From the NCBI GenBank assembly GCA_012862495.1, contig BLSG01000288.1, positions 1 to 33,898 of the forward strand: a stretch of DNA of 33,898 nt, given 5' to 3'. The notes under the pieces are model-generated. The model made no database searches and had not been told where the DNA came from. It was given only the letters and a program-made list of their open reading frames with translations. Positions within the stretch are counted from its first letter, which is position 1. Every line of letters starts with the position of its first letter. The DNA is from Thraustochytrium aureum (taxonomy: Eukaryota). This document shows positions 1 to 11,500 of this stretch, piece after piece. The position numbers and the translations under genes were made by a program.

Positions 1-627
1 GAAAGCTCCCGCCTCCTCCAAGAAGTAGAGGCTCTTCGTGAGGCTGCCAGCCACACCGTGATGCTAACCGCGCCGAATCGTTCGCGCGCGAGCCCGGTCC
101 ACTGCAAGCAGTTGGACAAAGGGGCGCTCCAGCTGTCCATTCTTCGTCGGCCGGCAGCTCGTCCGGCACGGAACAAACCCGAGTACCGCTATCCCTTACT
201 ACATACAAATTCAGAACGCCTTTCCCGCACGGCCCAGCCGCGCCCGGCCGGCGCCTCGCCGTCGCCGATCGAGCCCACCCGCGCGAAGCGCACAAGGCGC
301 GAACGGATCTGCCGCCCTCTATTCTCCTTTCTGCGGACCCCGCATCAAAAACGAGGCGCGGAACGGGTCGGACAAGCGCCTTCCGGCCGCCCAAGGCGGC
401 AGACCCGGCCAGGCGCGAGCGCTGCGCTGCGCTGGAGGCACGGAGAGCTGCTCGCGCGCTCGCGACGAACGGCGCTCGGCCCACGTGCGACTTGCCGTGC
501 GGCGCTCAGCCTCGAGCGTTTGCGAAGGGCTGGCTGGCCAGAAACCGCCTCGTACTCGCTCGGGCGCTGTTCGCGCAGCGACAGCTCGATCGGCCACGAG
601 AGACGCTGGACAGCGGCACGCGGAGGG

Positions 628-1089
628 ATGGACGAGAGGGAGCGGCGAATCCTGCTGGAGGAGAAGAGGCGGTTCGCCAGGGTGAAGCGCGCGTCCACGA
701 GGCTTCAGAGGAAGACGCCGAAGCCGGACATAGACTATGACGCAAACCCCTTCTGCATCGACAGGCAGATGAACGATTGGCGAGAGAAGCGGCGGAGTCC
801 GGTTCTCGCTCGAGAGCTCACACGGGAAAAAGTCATGAAGGCCAGCTCTGGCAATCGGCTTCGAGACATACTTGGTGACACGCTGGCGCAGCTCGGGTCG
901 GGACGTCCGCTCGAACCGGGCCGGCTCCGGTCCCCGAACGCTACAAAGCAACGACCAGCTTCGCCAAATAGGCCGGCCTCTCCGGCGGCGGCCATGCACT
1001 TCGACGTATTGTCGCTCATCCACCAAGCGCAGAAGAGCAAGCGGCCAAGATCGAGGAGGAGCGCCGTCAAATGCCCAGGCGGGGATCAT
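628..1089 (+). CDS. Hypothetical protein, 5' part (runs into N-gap 1090-1109)
   Basis: ATG at 628 opens a frame (MDERERRILLEEKRRFARVKRAS...DYDANPFCIDRQMNDWREKRR...) with no stop before the gap. The PFCIDRQMND motif recurs as PFCLERQMQD at 4703-4732. No family recognised. Confidence 0.55.
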
Positions 1090-1109
1090 NNNNNNNNNNN
1101 NNNNNNNNN

Positions 1110-2219
1110 GGCTACAAGGCGCTCGAGGGGGAGCACTACGTGTACTGCAAGGGCGACGCGGCCGTGTTTCGCATCTCGTTCGTGCTCTCCTGCTTCTTCC
1201 TCTTCATGACTGTGAGCTCGTTCACGGGGCGCGGGTTCCACCGCGGGTTCTGGGGCATCAAGCTCGTTGCCCTGTTCTTCGGCCTCCTCGCGAGCTTTTT
1301 CATGTCAAACTCGTGGTTCGACAACTCGGGGTACGCCTGGGTGGCCCGCGTCGTGTCGATGGTATTTCTCTGCCTCCAGATCCTCATCCTCATCGACTTT
1401 GCCTCCCAATGGAACGACTCGTGGGTCGCCAAGGCGTTCCCCGACGGGGGTTCGGAGGACAAGCACTGGCTCATGGCGATCCTCGGCTCCGCCACTCTGC
1501 TCTACCTGGTCTCTCTGGTGGGCGTCCCGCTGCTGTTCACCTTTTACGGCGAGTGCGGCCTCGGGGTGGGGTTTTCTTCTGTGACCCTGGTGGGCGTGGT
1601 GGTCCTCACAGCGCTGACGCTCTTCCGCGACAAGATCGTGGGCGAGGAGCACGAGGGGGCCATCTTGCCGGCTGCCGTCGTGAGCGCCTACGCGACCTAC
1701 CTGTGCTGGAGCGCGCTGGAGAGCAACCCGGACGCGTCTTGCAAGCCGGAGACAACGGACGCCTCGAGCAACGTGCAAATGTCGATAGGGATCGTCGTCG
1801 CGGTCGTCTCGCTGTGCTGGACCAGCCTCTCCGTTACTGACGGGCTCCAGAGCCTCGTCGCGGGCGAGGACGCCTCCGAGGGTGCCAATGCCAGCACGCC
1901 GCTCTACACGGTCCAGGGCGAGAACGGCGGCGAAGTGCAGGCGCAGCGCGAGACGTTTGAGACCGCTGGCGACGAGGAGGAGGCGGAAGACCGCCACCTC
2001 TGGATCTTCCACCTCATCATGCTGACGGCTTCGATGTACATGTCGATGCTCATCACGAACTGGGGTTCCGACGAGGGCGCGCACGGCAACGAGGACGGCC
2101 GCGTCGGCCTGGCCTCTGCTTGGGTCAAGATTGTTTCGCAGTGGCTCACCATCATGCTCTACATCTGGACCCTCGTCGCGCCGAGGGTCATGGGCGAGTA
2201 CCGCGACTTTGACTTTTAG
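1110..2219 (+). CDS. SERINC: Serine incorporator (SERINC/TMS1/TDE) family multi-pass membrane protein, N-terminus lost in gap
   Basis: Many hydrophobic segments plus family motifs: AVFRISF..SCFF, HRGFWGIK, QILILIDFASQWNDSW, YATYLCWSALESNP..C, FHLIMLTASMYMSMLITNW, WVKIVSQW...LYIWTLVAP...RDF. Strong GC3 bias; TAG at 2217-2219. Confidence 0.95.
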   Translation, partial: GYKALEGEHYVYCKGDAAVFRISFVLSCFFLFMTVSSFTGRGFHRGFWGIKLVALFFGLLASFFMSNSWFDNSGYAWVARVVSMVFLCLQILILIDFASQWNDSWVAKAFPDGGSEDKHWLMAILGSATLLYLVSLVGVPLLFTFYGECGLGVGFSSVTLVGVVVLTALTLFRDKIVGEEHEGAILPAAVVSAYATYLCWSALESNPDASCKPETTDASSNVQMSIGIVVAVVSLCWTSLSVTDGLQSLVAGEDASEGANASTPLYTVQGENGGEVQAQRETFETAGDEEEAEDRHLWIFHLIMLTASMYMSMLITNWGSDEGAHGNEDGRVGLASAWVKIVSQWLTIMLYIWTLVAPRVMGEYRDFDF

Positions 2220-2660
2220 GGCCCCGGCCTCCGTTGCTTGCCGGCAGAGCGAGTAGATGGGACAGTGCACTAACTATATATATAGTATGAACGAATCGGG
2301 ACGGCGCCGCAGGAGGCCCGTGGCAGCGCGCGTCCGATGCGCACGCATCGCCCAGCCCGCCGCGCGCGAGACGTCCTCACAAATAGGCTCGCCAGACGCT
2401 GCTCCTGTGTGTCCGATCCGAATGGGGAACGCTTTTGGGGCCTTTTGCGGAACGAAATCCCTTGGCGGACCTGGAGACGCGAGCGCCGCATGGCCAGCCA
2501 GTGCAAGAGCGAGCGAACGAAACCGGCAACAGCGGTAGACCCCGCAGCGCTCGAGTAGCGGAGGGCCAAGCAGGTAGAGTTGCGCCCACCTGAGCACCTC
2601 CCGTCCCGTCCAAGCCAGCCAACCCTGCCCTGCGAGACAGGAGGTTCAACCAAAGCAGCC

Positions 2661-3931
2661 ATGGTGAGCATGAAACTGGCGCGCCCAGCCGCGGCCAAGC
2701 CGGCGGCGCAGGAAAGCAAGCCCAAGACAGTGGAGGACCGCAAGGCAAAAGCTACGACGAAGAGCATCGAGGAGTCTCATGTTGAGCGCCTCGAGGTTGC
2801 CGACGAACGCGTGAAGCGCAGCACGGTAGAGACGGCTGTGGCTGCGCTCTGCAAGCACGTCAAGCTCCACCGCGCCAAGGTGAAGGAAGCCAAGGCCAAG
2901 TTGAACCTGTTCGAGGAAACTGACGCGGGCGAAGAAGCGGGCAACGCGGACGCGAGCTTGCTCAACTCCAAGTCGTATGTGCACGTCAGCGTCGGCTTGA
3001 TGCGCCCCTCGATCAAGCACAAAAAGTCGTTCAAGACGTACCGCGTCCCCTTGACGCGGCCCTTCCACCACTACGAGCAGGCCGACCTGGACCTGTGCCT
3101 TTTTGTCAAGGACGCCGAAGAGGCCGAAAAGTGGCTTGCCAACAAGCCCGTGCGCGGGCTCAAGAAGGTCATCAGCTTGAAAGACCTGAGGTCAAAGTAC
3201 CACCAATATCAGCAGCGCCGTGAGCTCGCTGCCATGTACGACGTGTTCCTGGCAGACGACCGCATCGTCAACATGCTCCCCAACACACTAGGGCGCGTCT
3301 TCTTTGGCACCAACAAGGCACCGATCAAGATTCGCCTTGCGCAGTGCGACAAGATCACTGGCTCGCTCGAATCGCGTGTCAAGCAAGCGCTGGAATGCGC
3401 CTACTTTCGCTACTCTGGCGCTTGCTCGACGATGCGTAGTGCTATCGTGACCTGGCCTGAGGAGGACATTGTCGCCAACGTAATGGACTGTATCGCCGAG
3501 GTTGGCGCGCGCCTCCCGGGCTCCTGGCGCAACATCCAAAGCATCCACATCAAGACCGGCAACAGCGCAGCGCTCCCTGTGTTCGTTCAGAACCCAACGC
3601 CGAGAATCTTGAAGGAAGGCGCTGAGGTTGCAGACCACTCCTCAAAGGGCCGCAAACGCAGCCGCTCTGACAAGAAGGGTCCCGCCAAGCAAGCCAATGC
3701 CTCGTCGAAGAAGGTCAAGAGGGCCAAGACTGCGCCGACCAAGGCAGAGGGCGTCGAGGACAAGGCCGCCGCCAAATCCGCCCCCGCGGCCGTCGCGGAA
3801 AAGGCTCCCAAGGTCGCCGCCGCCAAGACCGTCGAGAAAAAGCCCTCCAAGACGCCCTCCAAGGCCCCCAAAGCCTCCAAGGCCCCGGCTGGCGAGGACA
3901 AGGCCCCGAAGACACCCGCCAAGACGCCCTC
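2661..3931 (+). CDS. RSL1D1: Ribosomal L1 domain-containing nucleolar protein (RSL1D1/Cic1/Utp30 type) with Lys/Ala/Pro-rich tail, 3' end in gap
   Basis: Motifs LCLFVKD, KVISLKDLRSKY..YQQRRELAAMYDVFLADDRI..MLP..LGRVFF...KAP, and WRNIQSIHIKTGNSAALPVF. First ATG of a strongly biased frame is at 2661 (alternative 2670). Confidence 0.9.
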
Positions 3932-4425
3932 NNNNNNNNNNNNNNNNNNNNNNNNNNNNNNNNNNNNNNNNNNNNNNNNNNNNNNNNNNNNNNNNNNNNN
4001 NNNNNNNNNNNNNNNNNNNNNNNNNNNNNNNNNNNNNNNNNNNNNNNNNNNNNNNNNNNNNNNNNNNNNNNNNNNNNNNNNNNNNNNNNNNNNNNNNNNN
4101 NNNNNNNNNNNNNNNNNNNNNNNNNNNNNNNNNNNNNNNNNNNNNNNNNNNNNNNNNNNNNNNNNNNNNNNNNNNNNNNNNNNNNNNNNNNNNNNNNNNN
4201 NNNNNNNNNNNNNNNNNNNNNNNNNNNNNNNNNNNNNNNNNNNNNNNNNNNNNNNNNNNNNNNNNNNNNNNNNNNNNNNNNNNNNNNNNNNNNNNNNNNN
4301 NNNNNNNNNNNNNNNNNNNNNNNNNNNNNNNNNNNNNNNNNNNNNNNNNNNNNNNNNNNNNNNNNNNNNNNNNNNNNNNNNNNNNNNNNNNNNNNNNNNN
4401 NNNNNNNNNNNNNNNNNNNNNNNNN

Positions 4426-4786
4426 GGTGCACGCCCCGCCGAGAAAAGTGGCTCGAAAAGCAATGCGCCCAAGAGCAGCCGCGAGACGGCACCGTCGCGC
4501 CCCGGTGGTCCGCCTCGCCAAGATTGGGATGACCATGTGTTCGACCCCGTGATTGAGCGGCTGCAAGCTGGCGCAAAGACCCGCCCGAGCCGGAAGGAGG
4601 ATCAACGCAGTCTTCGGTACTGGGCTGCGCAAGGGCGAAGCCGAAGATATGAGGGCGTATCGCCGCCGGCTCAACCGCGCGGCTTGCGGTATCAAAGAGC
4701 ATCCATTTTGCTTGGAGCGGCAAATGCAGGACGAGCTCGAGACCGCCCACCTCAACCACCATGCCATATTTCCTGCCTGCGACTAG
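4426..4786 (+). CDS. Hypothetical protein, 3' part (starts in gap 3932-4425; one apparent frameshift at ~4622)
   Basis: Frame GARPAEKSG...DWDDHVFDPVIERLQ...QRSLRYW joins LRKGEAEDMRAYRRRLNRAACGIKEHPFCLERQMQDELETAHLNHHAIFPACD* if one G of GGG at 4622-4624 is removed. Shares a motif with the 628 ORF. Confidence 0.45.
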
Positions 4787-5570
4787 CTCGAGAGCTCTTT
4801 TCATTGCAAAAGGCCAACTCCACCCTGTGCAAAGCGCATCCTCGACTTTCGTCAACATACATGCCCTTCCCGCGTTGCCGCGAACCCGAGCGCCCACCAA
4901 GCCTTGCCAACTGCGACCCCCGTGGATCGCACGGGCAGGCCGAAGGCGCTACGCCGCACCATGTTCACAGCTAGAAAGTAGGCGTACTGTACGAGTACCG
5001 AGCAAGTACCTCTTCTCTCCATGTTCTTTCCAGAAAAAACCCGCGCATGCGTGCAACAACTCAAACTCGCTCTCAGCCAGTGCCCGCTCGCCCCGCCCTG
5101 CAGAGACTCGTCCGCAGCGACCGTCGACCAGCGCAGCGCCAGCCCAGCGCCAGCGCAGCAGCGGCGCAGCAGCAGCAGCACGCAGCGCCAGCGGCTGGAG
5201 AGGCCGCGCGACCTGGTCAAGCCCGCGCAGCAATCACGGAACGCGCTGGGGAAGAGAGGAAGGGAGGGAGTCCCACGCAGCAGAAGCGCGAGCGAAGGGC
5301 CCCGCGCGCAAGCGCCGCTCAAGAGCAAGGCCCGCGAGCCTGCGCGAGAGAGGCGCGGACGCGAGCTTCTGAGAGAAGCGCAGCGAACGGCAGGGAGGTC
5401 GCGGCGCGAGGGCGGCGCAGAGGCTGCTCCACCATCGACCGGCAGCGAGTTCGCCGCACACGACACTCAGTGGTTTGAGACCGCGGCCTGGCGCGATCCA
5501 ACCAGCCCGCGGAAAGGCAGAGCCGCCGTCCAGCAGCGCCCGCCCGGCTCGCGGCCCGGCGCCGGTCGCC

Positions 5571-8500
5571 ATGGAACTCCTCTCTGGTCTCGAGGATACC
5601 GGCGACGAGGGCACGCTGCTCGAGTGCCTCAGAGAGATCAACACGGTCCTGACGCTTGGCCAGGCTGAAATAAGGGCCCCGCCATTCGTCTCGTCGCTGA
5701 TCCACATCATATCCAAGCGCAGCATCAACCCCGAGGCTGTCCTGTTGGCAGTTCGGGCGCTCAACACGATCCTCGACATCGAGCCGCGGTGCACGCGGCA
5801 GCTCGTAGCTGAACACGCGCTCCCAGTCATATGCGAGAAGCTGCTGCAGTTCACCGACTTTGAAGTCGCCGAGCAGTGCTTGAAGTGCATTGCCATCATC
5901 GCAGAACAGACAGACAGCCGCTCGGAGGTCAACATGAAGGCCTTGCTCCGTGCCGATGGCCTCGGAGCCTGCACAGCGTTCTTCGACTTCTTCCCACGGC
6001 ACATGCAGGTGCGCGCGCTGGCGACTGTGATCCGGATCTGCAAGCGTGCGTGCGACGGCTCTACGGACGCAAAGCGCAAGGCGGATGCCTCCATGGTGCT
6101 CTCGGTTCTGCCTGCGCTCCACGCGTGCCTCAACTCGTCGGACGACGAGATTCTCAAGCTCGCCTGCACCGCACTAGCCGCGCTTGCCCGCGTCTACGAC
6201 GTGATGGCGGCTCGACGCGGCCGGCGAGAGCGCCACGTTGCGCCGAACGGAGGGCTCTGGGAGCATGCTGTGATTCGCCAAGTCATCCCTGAGCCAGTGG
6301 CGTGCAAGTTGCTCGCGCTGCTGCAGCCTGAGCCTGGGGAGGCGGGGGGGAAACTTGATGGCGAGCTCCACGGGCTCATCGTGGCAACGATTGCCAGGGC
6401 AACGCGAGCAGCGCCTGTGATTTTCGCGCCGCTTGTTGAGCGCGGCGTGCTAGAAGTCATTCAGGGACGCCTTACGGAGCGCGGACTTGCGTCTGCAAAC
6501 GAGGGTGGCTCCGCCTCGGATGTGCCTCGGCCGACTCCAACTGCCAATACGCTCCTCGAGCTGCGCAGAATTGAGCGCGACCTCGCCGACACCCTGGACC
6601 TTGTCGCAGCGCTTGCTCCTCCAATCGGCGACCTTGGCACCCTTGAGGCAACCGCGGGGCGCCTGGAAGCAAGTACCGAGCTGGTTGAGGCGAACGAATC
6701 GCTTTCGCGGCCCCAGCCAGTCCGCGCTTCTCAGGAAACATCGCAAGCGTCCAGCGCGTTCACGGCAGCGGGCGCGCGGGAATCGACACACAGCGACAGC
6801 GATGCAGTGCATGCGGACGGTTCAATCTTGGCGCCACCGAGCGAGCTTGGCGGAATGTGGGCATGCCCAACCTGCACGTTCCACAACCAGCCGAACGTCT
6901 CCTCGTGCGAAATGTGCGGCCAAGTGAGCCCCGAAATTCAGCAGCGCGCCGAGTCTGCAACCGCAAAGGTCCGTCCTTCCGTCGAGACACTGCTCGCGGA
7001 AGAGAGCAAGTCCAGTGCTTGCACTATCGCTCAAGCCTGGTCAGCTCACCCTCACATGAGGCGCCGAATCCTGTTCTCGCTGGCTGCGCCGCTCGTGCGG
7101 GTCTCCTCCGACTCGTCGCTGACGAAAACGCGCGCCCGAGCGCTTGAGCTTGTCGCTGCAATCAACTTCTCGTCGTCCCCGTCAGACCTTGCAGAGCAAC
7201 GCGACAGGGCAGGCGAGTTTGCGAGGGAGGGCTGCTATGGCTCGGTAGCGGCTTGCTTGCATTCTCTAGAGCAGTCGATTGCCAAGGCGGCGCTGCAGTT
7301 CGTCGCAGTCGACCTGAAACGTATCCCGCAGCACGTGGTCACAACGCTCGTCCGCGAAGGTATCGTCGAGCAGCTCGCTGCGATGGCCTCGCGCCGCACT
7401 CCCAGGGCTGTCGTTTCGCTTGCAGAGAGCGCCTTTAAGGCTTTCCACGTCGCTGCAGGCGTTGCCCCCCACCCAGTGGTGTCGGCCTGCCCTGGTTGCA
7501 CGCAGTCGCACCCCCGCCTTGCGGACCTCACTGCAGTGTGTGAGGGTTTGCAGCGAGTTGCTGAAGGCGAGAGGTACGAGGGCGAGATCTTGGACGGCGA
7601 AGCCAACGCTGCGGCGGCGAGGCCCAGCCTGGGTCGCCTCGGCTCTCCCCCGAAGAGGCCAGCTCGTCGCTTTGCCCTTCAGACTGCGAGGAGTCCGCGG
7701 AGGCCCACGCTGCAGACTCGAAGACTGGGCCGCACAGGTCGCGGCGCCGCGACGATCTCAGGCGCAAGCGACGCAGTATTAGCCAGCCTGCTGGGCCTGG
7801 GACCGTCGGGTCCCACGAAACCGAAGCGGCTGAGGCTCGGGCCTCGGAGCTTGCCCTTCGTAGTCGCCAGAGGGCGCCGGACGGGCGAGCCCGGGTTCGC
7901 GGGCCGCGAAGAAGCGGCGCACGTTTCGCTCCAGCACCTCGACGGGTGTGGACTCATCTTTGACGGGGAACGCGACCACCACGAGGCAGAGGCGGGGCCA
8001 GAAGTCGCCTGCGTTGTGGAGCACCTCCCGGTTGTAGGCAGCGTTCCCGCAAGCGAGCAGCAGAGGCGGGCGCGCTGGGCACAGCCGATGCTCGAGCTGA
8101 AGCGGCTACTCAACGGGAGCGAGTCCGTCACCCTGCACGAGATGAAGCGCGCCGGTTTGGTCGGCGCCCTGCACCTGGCGCTTGCGGACGGCGACGGGCG
8201 GTTCGTGTTTGGCGAGATATTCGCTGCGGACGCCAACGAGGCGGCTGACAAGCTGACGCGACGACTTTTCGCGCTTCTGCATGCGGAAGAGCAGTTCAGT
8301 GTCAAAATACTGGGTGGCATCCGGGATCTCGCGCGAGCGGCGCGGTTCACGCTATTCCCGACGGGCCTACTAGCTGAACGGGCGCAGACCCTCCTAGACG
8401 CCGTGGCCAGCGACCTCCTCGCTGCCTTCGGCGGCGACTTGTACCGGAGCTGCGGTTTCGCAGTGCAAGATGACGCGGGCGCGTTCGAGTACGATGTTCT

Positions 8501-11500
8501 GGTCGAGCCGCTCACTTTGGTGTCCGACACGCAGCGCCTCGTTGCGCGTGGTATAAAGCAGGCGCTGCTTCGCGCAGCCCTCAGCGCTGAAAAGGCCGCT
8601 CTCGGCCACCTCCAAGGCGCAGACCCGCGCTCACTACAACCTGGCTCGCTTGTTCGACCAGGCCGGGACTGGGAGTGGGGAAGCCAGGGTCAGGGAGCGC
8701 CCATGGCGCTCCCAGGACGTGAGCGCGCGCTCGGGGTTGTTCTGGAAGTCTGCGGGTGGGGCGGCAACCCGAGCGCCCCAGCGGCGCTCGTCCTCTGGCC
8801 TTCCAGTAGAACGGCGAACGTGTATAGAGTTGGAGCAGACAACAAGTTCGAAGTCGAGATCGCTGCCAGCGCGTTCCCAGCCGGCCAAGCCGAGGCGGAA
8901 GGCAGCGAACGCGCCAAACTGGACCAAGCGGACAGGAGCGACAGCCGAGTCGAGGAGGACTGCAGCGCCAGACGGCCGCATCAGCGAGCTGCGGCGCAAT
9001 CGCGCTTGCCGGGAGGGTCCGATCTAGAAAGTGCCGCCTGGAGGGACGCGCTTTGCGAAGGCGTGCACGTCGACGTCTTGGACGCCTCGCTGCAGTGGCG
9101 GCCGGCCATCGTCCACAGGGTCGTCGACGTGGACCGTTCCTTGAGCAAACCCGCGTTTCTATCGCGTATTGTCCTAGTGCGGTTCAAGGACAGCGCGGCG
9201 CGGCGCGCGCAAGCCTCCCTGGCCCCCATCAGGGCGGCGCGCAAGACGTTCAGGCGGTGCCCAGGCAGATCCCCTTCAAGCAACTGGGAGCCAGATTGAG
9301 GAAGACGACGATTCTGGGCTCTGGCTCAGCGCGGCCTCCCCGTGTATCGCAAAGCACGGGTCGTCAAGCTCCATTGCTTGCTCAAAGTCAAGCCGCCAAG
9401 CACAGCGTCAAAGGGACGCGGCGCTCACACAAAAGCTCGGAAAACCCATTGACTGGGACACGCTCGAGCCGGGAATGCTTGCGGATGTGCAGTTTGGCGG
9501 AGCAGGTCGGTGGACCGCCGTGGTCGTCGTTGCGAAAGCGGGGGCGCCAAGCCTTGCAGCCCAGCAAACCGACCGGGTGGGGTTTGCCCTGGTCCACGAA
9601 CTTGCTCGCAGCGACACAGTCGGGGACCGCTGGATCGAGCGCGGCAAAGACGCGATCGCAGCGGTGCTCTCGCACAGTAGTCATGGCGCCCAAGACATTC
9701 GGCCGGCCGAGGCCGACCAGCACGCTGCGGTTATCGATGACGGCAGTAAGCGCGGGGGCAAAACTCGCTCCAGGGGGTCCAAAGCCGGGCGAGCCAAAAC
9801 GCAGACTCCACCGGCGGACAGCCAGCAGCCGCTGCTGCCAGGACTCCCGCTCAGCATGAGCGAGCTCGTCTGGCTCGTTGAGCGCGCTTGGCCGCCGATG
9901 GTCCAGGCCCACGGGGGGAAGCGCAAGCGCGAGGCTCTGCAGGTTGGTGACGCAGGGTACTACATCGTGGATTTGCCCGGGGCTGGGCGTTTTGCGGTGC
10001 GTGGCGTCGTTTTGGCGGACAGGGTGAACGATGCATCTAGTGCGCAACGCTCCGGCGCAATCGAAGACGCGGCTGTGATCTTCACCATCACAAACTCCCA
10101 AAACACTCGCTGTGGCATCCTGCGATCCGAGATCTACCCCGGCTCGCCACCCGCAGCACTTGCACCGCTATCTTGCGCCACACTTCGTACAGCGCTCGCA
10201 AAGCCAGAGGGCAGGGATGAGCTTCTCCGCGCGATCGTAACCCGGCGCCCGAGAGCTTGGAACCAAGACGAGGTCGTCGCGTCCATGGTAGATCGCATCG
10301 AGCAGTCTAGTTTGGCCAAAGCCGCTGCCTCTGCGGCTGCGGCTGCCGCAGCTTGTTCGGCATCCTCCAAGGGGAGGCGTTCAAAGCGCGGAAAGGCGAG
10401 CAAGAGCGGCGAGCAAGGCGCGGCGGCAGGCTCGTCCGCATCGNNNNNNNNNNNNNNNNNNNNNNNNNNNNNNNNNNNNNNNNNNNNNNNNNNNNNNNNN
10501 NNNNNNNNNNNNNNNNNNNNNNNNNNNNNNNNNNNNNNNNNNNNNNNNNNNNNNNNNNNNNNNNNNNNNNNNNNNNNNNNNNNNNNNNNNNNNNNNNNNN
10601 NNNNNNNNNNNNNNNNNNNNNNNNNNNNNNNNNNNNNNNNNNNNNNNNNNNNNNNNNNNNNNNNNNNNNNNNNNNNNNNNNNNNNNNNNNNNNNNNNNNN
10701 NNNNNNNNNNNNNNNNNNNNNNNNNNNNNNNNNNNNNNNNNNNNNNNNNNNNNNNNNNNNNNNNNNNNNNNNNNNNNNNNNNNNNNNNNNNNNNNNNNNN
10801 NNNNNNNNNNNNNNNNNNNNNNNNNNNNNNNNNNNNNNNNNNNNNNNNNNNNNNNNNNNNNNNNNNNNNNNNNNNNNNNNNNNNNNNNNNNNNNNNNNNN
10901 NNNNNNNNNNNNNNNNNNNNNNNNNNNNNNNNNNNNNNNNNNNNNNNNNNNNNNNNNNNNNNNNNNNNNNNNNNNNNNNNNNNNNNNNNNNNNNNNNNNN
11001 NNNNNNNNNNNNNNNNNNNNNNNNNNNNNNNNNNNNNNNNNNNNNNNNNNNNNNNNNNNNNNNNNNNNNNNNNNNNNNNNNNNNNNNNNNNNNNNNNNNN
11101 NNNNNNNNNNNNNNNNNNNNNNNNNNNNNNNNNNNNNNNNNNNNNNNNNNNNNNNNNNNNNNNNNNNNNNNNNNNNNNNNNNNNNNNNNNNNNNNNNNNN
11201 NNNNNNNNNNNNNNNNNNNNNNNNNNNNNNNNNNNNNNNNNNNNNNNNNNNNNNNNNNNNNNNNNNNNNNNNNNNNNNNNNNNNNNNNNNNNNNNNNNNN
11301 NNNNNNNNNCGCCAGTAGCGAGTTCACTTCTCGAGAAATGAGTATCTCGCCAGTGACAACGCCACGCCTCGGGCCCTCCGCTGGACTCCCGCGCCCGACG
11401 TCATTTGGCTCGCTTGGTGCAGCTTCGAGCGCCTCGAGCGCGGCTGCAGAGCCAGCGCCGGGCTGGTGCCGTCGACCCCAGCGTTGCCGCCATGCTGGGC

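Noticed and set aside
1..140. Possible minus-strand gene start running off the left edge (ATG at 140)
   Set aside because: Only ~46 codons are visible, with no recognisable motif.
1071..1109. ORF-track start MPRRGS for SERINC, and the 58..1209 ORF read through the gap
   Set aside because: Frame continuity across N-gaps is arbitrary, and the sequence left of the gap is not SERINC-like.
4790..5570. Gln/Arg-rich ORFs (5021..5668, 5047..5478 and others)
   Set aside because: Low-complexity GC/CAG-rich 5' region of the HECT gene with no recognisable motifs; long spurious ORFs are expected at this GC content.
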